A stretch of 64,000 nt of DNA from Arenimonas sp. (GTDB taxonomy: Bacteria; Pseudomonadota; Gammaproteobacteria; Xanthomonadales; Xanthomonadaceae). The stretch lies in contig JAYWIC010000027.1 in assembly GCA_043789195.1 (NCBI GenBank), positions 2,359-66,358 on the forward strand. Reading direction: 5' to 3'. Position numbers and translations under genes: made by a program. Positions within the stretch are counted from its first letter, which is position 1, and each line of letters begins with the position of its first letter. Positions 59,383 to 64,000 of this stretch are shown piece by piece. The notes under the pieces are model-generated. The model was not told the DNA's origin and did no database searches. It saw only the letters and a program-made list of their open reading frames with translations.

Positions 59383-60021
59383 CTAGATAATTTTCAGCGT
59401 GATGGCTTTCAACACCGCACGTGTGCGATCACGGGTGCCGAGTTTGTCGAGAATATCCGAGACATAGTTTTTCACCGTGCCCTCGGACAGAAAAACCGCC
59501 TTGGCGATTTCCTTGTTCGAATAACCACCGGCGAGCAATCGCAAAATGGAAATTTCGCGATCATTGAATGTATCGGTCGGTTCCTGCACGTCGCGATAGG
59601 CATAGCGTGCACGCACCAGATCCGTCGATACCGGAGCAAATAAAGTCTCGCCTTTGGCAACGCGTTCGATGGCATCGACCAGGTCTTCGGGCGACGCATC
59701 TTTCAACAGAAATCCCTGTGCACCGGCCGCCGCCGCCTGCAGCGGAAAATCCGCTTCATCGAAGGTGGTCAATAAAATCACGGGAGTGCTGATGTTTTTT
59801 GCACGAATGTTTTTCAGCAGCTGGAAACCATCCATGCCGGGCATGCGGATATCGGACAAAATCACGTCGACCGGATTGTCCGGCAAGGCGCTTAGAAGCT
59901 GTTCGCCATTCTCCGCTTCAATCAGGACTTCCAGATGCTCAAAGCTACCGAGCAGGGCTTTCAGCCCCATCCGCACAAGGGCTTGATCATCGGCCAGGGC
60001 GAGGCGAATAAGCGTGCTCAT
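59383..60021 (-). CDS. NarL/LuxR family response regulator
   Basis: LADDQ, ILSDIRMPGMDG, LTTF and FLLKD, plus the LuxR HTH GYSNKEIA...SEGTVKNYVSDILDKLG. Confidence 0.93.
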   Translation of the reverse strand: MSTLIRLALADDQALVRMGLKALLGSFEHLEVLIEAENGEQLLSALPDNPVDVILSDIRMPGMDGFQLLKNIRAKNISTPVILLTTFDEADFPLQAAAAGAQGFLLKDASPEDLVDAIERVAKGETLFAPVSTDLVRARYAYRDVQEPTDTFNDREISILRLLAGGYSNKEIAKAVFLSEGTVKNYVSDILDKLGTRDRTRAVLKAITLKII

Positions 60022-61154
60022 GCGGCCACCGGAAGCCAGGCTTCGATTTGCATGCCGCCAGTACTCGAACGCTCGCATTGCAGGCCACCGCCGAGGTTTT
60101 CAAGCCTTTCGGTCATCCCCGTCAAGCCATTGCCTTTCTGCCATTGACTGGCCATCCGGCCGTCATCGCGAATGCGCAAATGCCAGCGCTCGGCATCGCG
60201 TTGCAAGACCACCCAAAGTTGCTGCGCCTGACTGTGGCGGGCACTGTTGGTGAGTGCTTCCTGCACGGTGCGTAACAAGACTTCGGCTTGCTGCACGGGA
60301 ACCTGATGCGCACTGTCGTCGATGGCAAGTAATACATTAGGCCGAGGAAACGGCGCCGCCATTTTTTCGATGGCGATCTGCAGATCCATACCGTCGTGCA
60401 GTCGCATTTGCTGCACTACATCGCGAATATCGGCCAGCAATTCATCGGCCAGGGCCGCGCAGGTTTCGATACTTTTGTGTTTTGCCAAATCGGGATGGCG
60501 CACGAGTGCGGTCAGATTCAATTTCAGTGCGGTGAGTTTGTGGCCGGCAACATCGTGCAGCTCGCGGGATAATCGCAGGCGTTCGGAATCGCGTACGGTT
60601 TCCGCCAGCAGCGTTCGGGTCGCGATCAAATCGGTATTGAGCAACATCAATTCATCCCGGCGTTTTTCGGCCTGGCTTGAATACCAGGCCATCAACATCG
60701 CAAACATCTGGAAGCTGGAATAAATAAATACCGAGACGATGGGATTACTGACGCGCCATAAATCCCGATAGATAAGAAACAGGCAGATATTGCTGACGAT
60801 GAACAGCATGGCCAGCCGCGATGGCGCAAACAAAACCGCCGTCACGGCACTGGCAACGATCAATAATATCGGTGCCGATGAAAAGCGCGAGACCATGCAA
60901 ATAGCCAGCGCAATCAGCACCAGCGCTATCGACAAAAGCTGGGCCCGAAAGCGGTTTTTATCGAAGACGGTGCAACTGATAAATACCACCAGAAACAGCA
61001 GATGCAGGAGCATCACGACAGGCTGAAGTAATCCCTCGTCCACGATACCGGTGCCATTGGGCTCGCGTAGCCACACCTCGGCCCCTATCGCCACCCAGGC
61101 GATGTAGGCGGCAATATTCATCGGGGCGAACAGGCGTTTCAGTAATTCGATCAT
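60018..61154 (-). CDS. Membrane sensor histidine kinase (HisKA_3, DesK/LiaS-like)
   Basis: Multi-TM N-terminus, ERLRLSRELHDVAGH, EALTNSARHS, IRDDG and GNGLTGMTERL; ATGA overlap with the regulator gene. Confidence 0.92.
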   Translation of the reverse strand: MIELLKRLFAPMNIAAYIAWVAIGAEVWLREPNGTGIVDEGLLQPVVMLLHLLFLVVFISCTVFDKNRFRAQLLSIALVLIALAICMVSRFSSAPILLIVASAVTAVLFAPSRLAMLFIVSNICLFLIYRDLWRVSNPIVSVFIYSSFQMFAMLMAWYSSQAEKRRDELMLLNTDLIATRTLLAETVRDSERLRLSRELHDVAGHKLTALKLNLTALVRHPDLAKHKSIETCAALADELLADIRDVVQQMRLHDGMDLQIAIEKMAAPFPRPNVLLAIDDSAHQVPVQQAEVLLRTVQEALTNSARHSQAQQLWVVLQRDAERWHLRIRDDGRMASQWQKGNGLTGMTERLENLGGGLQCERSSTGGMQIEAWLPVAA

Positions 61155-61206
61155 GGCGACAGCTTGGCCTCTTAAGCGGGAATGCTCAAGGTATGCACGG
61201 AAGATT

Positions 61207-61253
61207 ATGACTTCCGGCACCCGGGATTGATGACATTTGGCACGACCACAGCA
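61207..61253. promoter_or_regulatory. Tandem ATGAC-N4-GGCAC motifs between the divergent kinase and membrane-protein genes
   Basis: ATGACTTCCGGCAC (61207-61220) and ATGACATTTGGCAC (61230-61243). The second continues TGGCACG-ACCA-CAGCA with GG-N10-GC spacing. Confidence 0.45.
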
Positions 61254-61304
61254 ATTTTTGCAGGTGCATCCTGTCTCTCACGGATTCGAGCAAGGAGAAC
61301 CTGC

Positions 61305-62018
61305 ATGTCCTGGTATTCAAACACCGCACTTTTACACGCCGCCGTCGGCACCACGGCCCTGGTGACCTTCTGGGTTTCCGGCATGGCAAAAAAAGGCAGC
61401 CCGGTGCATAAGGCGTCCGGCAAGATTTATTTGCTGTCGATGGTCGGCATTTTGTTATCGGCATTTCCGATGGCCACTTACATCCTGCTCAACGGCAAGC
61501 CGGTGATCGGTGGTTTCCTGCTGTATTTGCTGATTATTACCATGACCAGTGTCTGGAATAGCTGGCGTGCCATTCGCGACAAACGCGATTGGAAGCGCTA
61601 CACCGGTCCCGCTTACAAAGCGTTGATGGTATTGAATCTGCTCAGTGGTTTGGCCATCGCCGGCGTCGGCCTGTTTCTGGCTCAACAGATGCAGATGGTG
61701 ATCACCAGTTTCTCGCTGATCGGCTTAATCGGCGCGTATCAGATGTATCACTTTCAGCGGAAAGCACCGAGCGACCCGCGCTGGTGGATGCGCGAACATT
61801 TGACCGCGATGGTCGGTAATGGCGTGGCGACGCATATCGCATTTATGCAAATCGGCTTGCCGAAAATACTGCCAATGATCGCCGGCCCGGTGATGGTCAA
61901 TATTGCCTGGATGGGCCCGCTGTTTGTCGCGGTAATCGCAGGGACTTATCTGACCCGCAAATATGCACCAAAGCGTGCCGAGCCCGCCGCAAAAACAAAC
62001 ATGGCAGAAATGACATGA
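61305..62018 (+). CDS. Integral membrane protein (DUF2306-like)
   Basis: AAGGAG RBS, LHAAVG, KKGSPVHKASGKIY and WWMREHLTAMVG; about 7 TM helices; divergent from the two-component genes. Confidence 0.78.
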   Translation: MSWYSNTALLHAAVGTTALVTFWVSGMAKKGSPVHKASGKIYLLSMVGILLSAFPMATYILLNGKPVIGGFLLYLLIITMTSVWNSWRAIRDKRDWKRYTGPAYKALMVLNLLSGLAIAGVGLFLAQQMQMVITSFSLIGLIGAYQMYHFQRKAPSDPRWWMREHLTAMVGNGVATHIAFMQIGLPKILPMIAGPVMVNIAWMGPLFVAVIAGTYLTRKYAPKRAEPAAKTNMAEMT

Positions 62019-62278
62019 ATAAAATCAAAGCAAGCCATCATCACAAGCACTTCCTTTATATTGGCTTGGCACTTGCCTTGCTGGCGTGTTGGTGGATAGG
62101 TTGGCGGGATTTTGACCCGAACATTGCGCAGGAATTAGTCCGCGAGAATATTCGTTCAAGCATACGCGGGCTGATCCAGATTTCGATTCAGTACCTCGTA
62201 CCGATCGCCATTTTGGTGTTCTTCACCAGTGAAATTTTTAACGGCATTCCACTGGGGCAGGATCGGGACGAAACCTGA
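62015..62278 (+). CDS. Small hypothetical membrane protein
   Basis: ATGA overlap with the upstream gene; two hydrophobic segments. Confidence 0.55.
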   Translation: MNKIKASHHHKHFLYIGLALALLACWWIGWRDFDPNIAQELVRENIRSSIRGLIQISIQYLVPIAILVFFTSEIFNGIPLGQDRDET

Positions 62279-62288
62279 GATATTCTCA

Positions 62289-62355
62289 AAAGCAACGGCG
62301 CTGGATGACCAGCTTCGCTGTTGAAAAGCACTTTCCGCCTGTGCGGGGAAGACGA
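62289..62355. repeat. CGTC-family palindromic element, copy 3 (right half)
   Basis: AAAGCAACGGCGCTGGATGACCAGCTTCGCTGTTGAAAAGCACTTTCCGCCTGTGCGGGGAAGACGA aligns without gaps to the right half of copy 2 (about 14596-14662). Confidence 0.85.
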
Positions 62356-62364
62356 TCGTTTAAT

Positions 62365-64000
62365 TTACTCGCGTTTGAGTTTGTCGAGTAACAGGCGCAT
62401 CGCCTGATCCACCGGCGATTCGCTTTCGAACACTAACAATTCATTACGGCGTTTTAAATCGACCAATTCTGTCGGCGACAACACCAATACGCGGGCACCC
62501 CGGCGATTGACCAGCATGATGGAGCCGGAAATACCGCTAATCCACGACACTTTCAGTTGCTGAAAACCACTGTCTGGCTTGGGCAGTTGCAGCCAGGTGC
62601 CGACAACATAAGTACGCACCTCCTCGAGTTCGGCCTCCGTCGGTTCGGCATGTGTCTCGAGCGCCGGCATTTCCTGCGGCGATTCAGCAACGGCAATATC
62701 ACTGTCGCGCTCAATGATGGCGGCAGCAGTGGCAGACGGGGTGGCAGCGAAGCCAGTCGTGTTTGTCGCCACGGGAGCGACGAGGATTTGGCCGTAACTC
62801 GAGAGCTCAGCTTCTGGTGGCGTGACGATTTCTTCGGTCCATTCCGAGACGGCATCGATGAGCGTTTGATAAATATCCATCGCAGCGTCTGCCTGCACGC
62901 CGGAGCTGGACAAGACTTCCTGAGTTGAGGCTTCCAAGGTATCCAGATGCGACAAGGGTAAAGGCTCACCCAGGCTGGCCATATCCAATAGCGCAATCCA
63001 CGGCATGGCGATACGCGAGGCAGTAGCAAACTCATCGCTGTCTTTGCCTTTGCGCAGTGCCGTCATCGACAGGTGGTGCAGCCATTCGGTATTGAAAAAA
63101 TTCCGCAACTCGACCGGTAACGCATATTGGCGGGTAATATTTTTGACGACCGCACTGGCTTGCAACCGGGCAACTTCCAGACGCTCATGCCCTTGTTGGG
63201 TTTCGCCAGCCCGCTTTTCGGTTAGCAGAACGCGTTTCCGATGCGTCTGCATTTGCGTCGACAGCTGCGCTTCGACGGTTTGAAACTTACTGACATCGCC
63301 ATCGTATTCTTCGCCGATTTGTTTGGCTGCCGTTTCGACATGGCCAAGTAAATCGCGTTCCTGTGGCGTTTCACCCAGATTGTCTTCGCAGGCTTCCGAC
63401 ATGGTGTTTAGCAATTGCCGCGCCGGATGGTGGCGTTCCAGAAACAGTTGCGGGTCACTGACGGCGGCGCGTACAAACGGCATCACCATTTGCGACAGCA
63501 CGGCAGCGACCGCATCGCCGTTCGGACGATCTTTCAACATGACATCGAATAAATTTCCGGCCAGTTTAACCGCCGTATCTTCTTCGGGGGCCAATACCGC
63601 TTGTTCATCACCGAAGGTGATGCCTTCTTGTTCGGCGTTATGCGTCAGCTCGCGTTTGATCGCATCGGCAATCGAGCCATCGTGCTTGCCAATGGTGGCC
63701 AGCAGGGCATCGATGTTACTTTTCCTATGCTGCATCTTTTGCAGCATGGCCAGCGTTTCGGATTTCGCCATCGCGCGTTGCGGTTGCGTCGGTGGCGGGG
63801 GTGGATTGCGAGCTTGCAGGCTTTTAAGTTGCTCAATCAGGCCATTGAACAGGCTGCGGTCGGTTTCACCGACACTGCGATCGTAATGGGCGGTGGTGCC
63901 CGCACCTTCGGAGCCAGCGTTTTCGTGACCGGTATTGGCAGCGGCAGAATTATCGCCTTCCTTGTCGGCACCCGTTTCAGCGAGAGCAGTCGGCACTTTG
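62365..64000 (-). CDS. DUF1631-like large helical protein, 5'-truncated by the window edge
   Basis: The frame stays open to the window end. PFVRAAVSDPQLFLERHHPARQLLN and C-terminal GTWLQL...LKVSWIS...MLVNRRG resemble DUF1631 proteins. Confidence 0.72.
   Translation of the reverse strand, partial: KVPTALAETGADKEGDNSAAANTGHENAGSEGAGTTAHYDRSVGETDRSLFNGLIEQLKSLQARNPPPPPTQPQRAMAKSETLAMLQKMQHRKSNIDALLATIGKHDGSIADAIKRELTHNAEQEGITFGDEQAVLAPEEDTAVKLAGNLFDVMLKDRPNGDAVAAVLSQMVMPFVRAAVSDPQLFLERHHPARQLLNTMSEACEDNLGETPQERDLLGHVETAAKQIGEEYDGDVSKFQTVEAQLSTQMQTHRKRVLLTEKRAGETQQGHERLEVARLQASAVVKNITRQYALPVELRNFFNTEWLHHLSMTALRKGKDSDEFATASRIAMPWIALLDMASLGEPLPLSHLDTLEASTQEVLSSSGVQADAAMDIYQTLIDAVSEWTEEIVTPPEAELSSYGQILVAPVATNTTGFAATPSATAAAIIERDSDIAVAESPQEMPALETHAEPTEAELEEVRTYVVGTWLQLPKPDSGFQQLKVSWISGISGSIMLVNRRGARVLVLSPTELVDLKRRNELLVFESESPVDQAMRLLLDKLKRE

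Overview
This is the replication-origin region of a gammaproteobacterial chromosome. The gene order (mnmE-yidC-rnpA-rpmH | dnaA-oriC-dnaN-recF-gyrB-CPBP-TPR-tonB-exbB-exbD-exbD-pdxJ...cls, and comF/bioBFHC) points to Xanthomonadales/Lysobacterales. That assignment is an inference from gene order and protein similarity, not a database result. Most of the window is intact housekeeping genes: ubiA, comF, bioBFHC, mnmG, hrpB, tatD, mnmE, yidC, rnpA, rpmH, dnaA, dnaN, recF, gyrB, tonB-exbBD, pdxJ, cls and fbp. It also carries two autotransporters, two sulfotransferases, two ABC systems, a GGDEF sensor and a NarL-type two-component system. I found no CRISPR array, transposase, integrase or phage gene. 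Features not explained by the ORF track: (1) a candidate ~95-nt small RNA divergent from mnmG, with a well-spaced sigma54 promoter and a strong intrinsic terminator; (2) a YadA-like adhesin with 33 uninterrupted 13-residue head repeats instead of the usual 14, divergent from a TPR-sulfotransferase; (3) a duplicated 5' half of tRNA-Arg(CCG) refolded into a long anticodon hairpin; (4) three copies of a CGTC-ended palindromic repeat; (5) two parS sites inside recF; (6) a BirA-like operator inside the comF 5' end; (7) a TonB-C-domain protein with a lipoprotein signal, plus a third exbD. All coordinates and counts not taken from the ORF track were made by hand, and all family calls come from motif recognition without a search.
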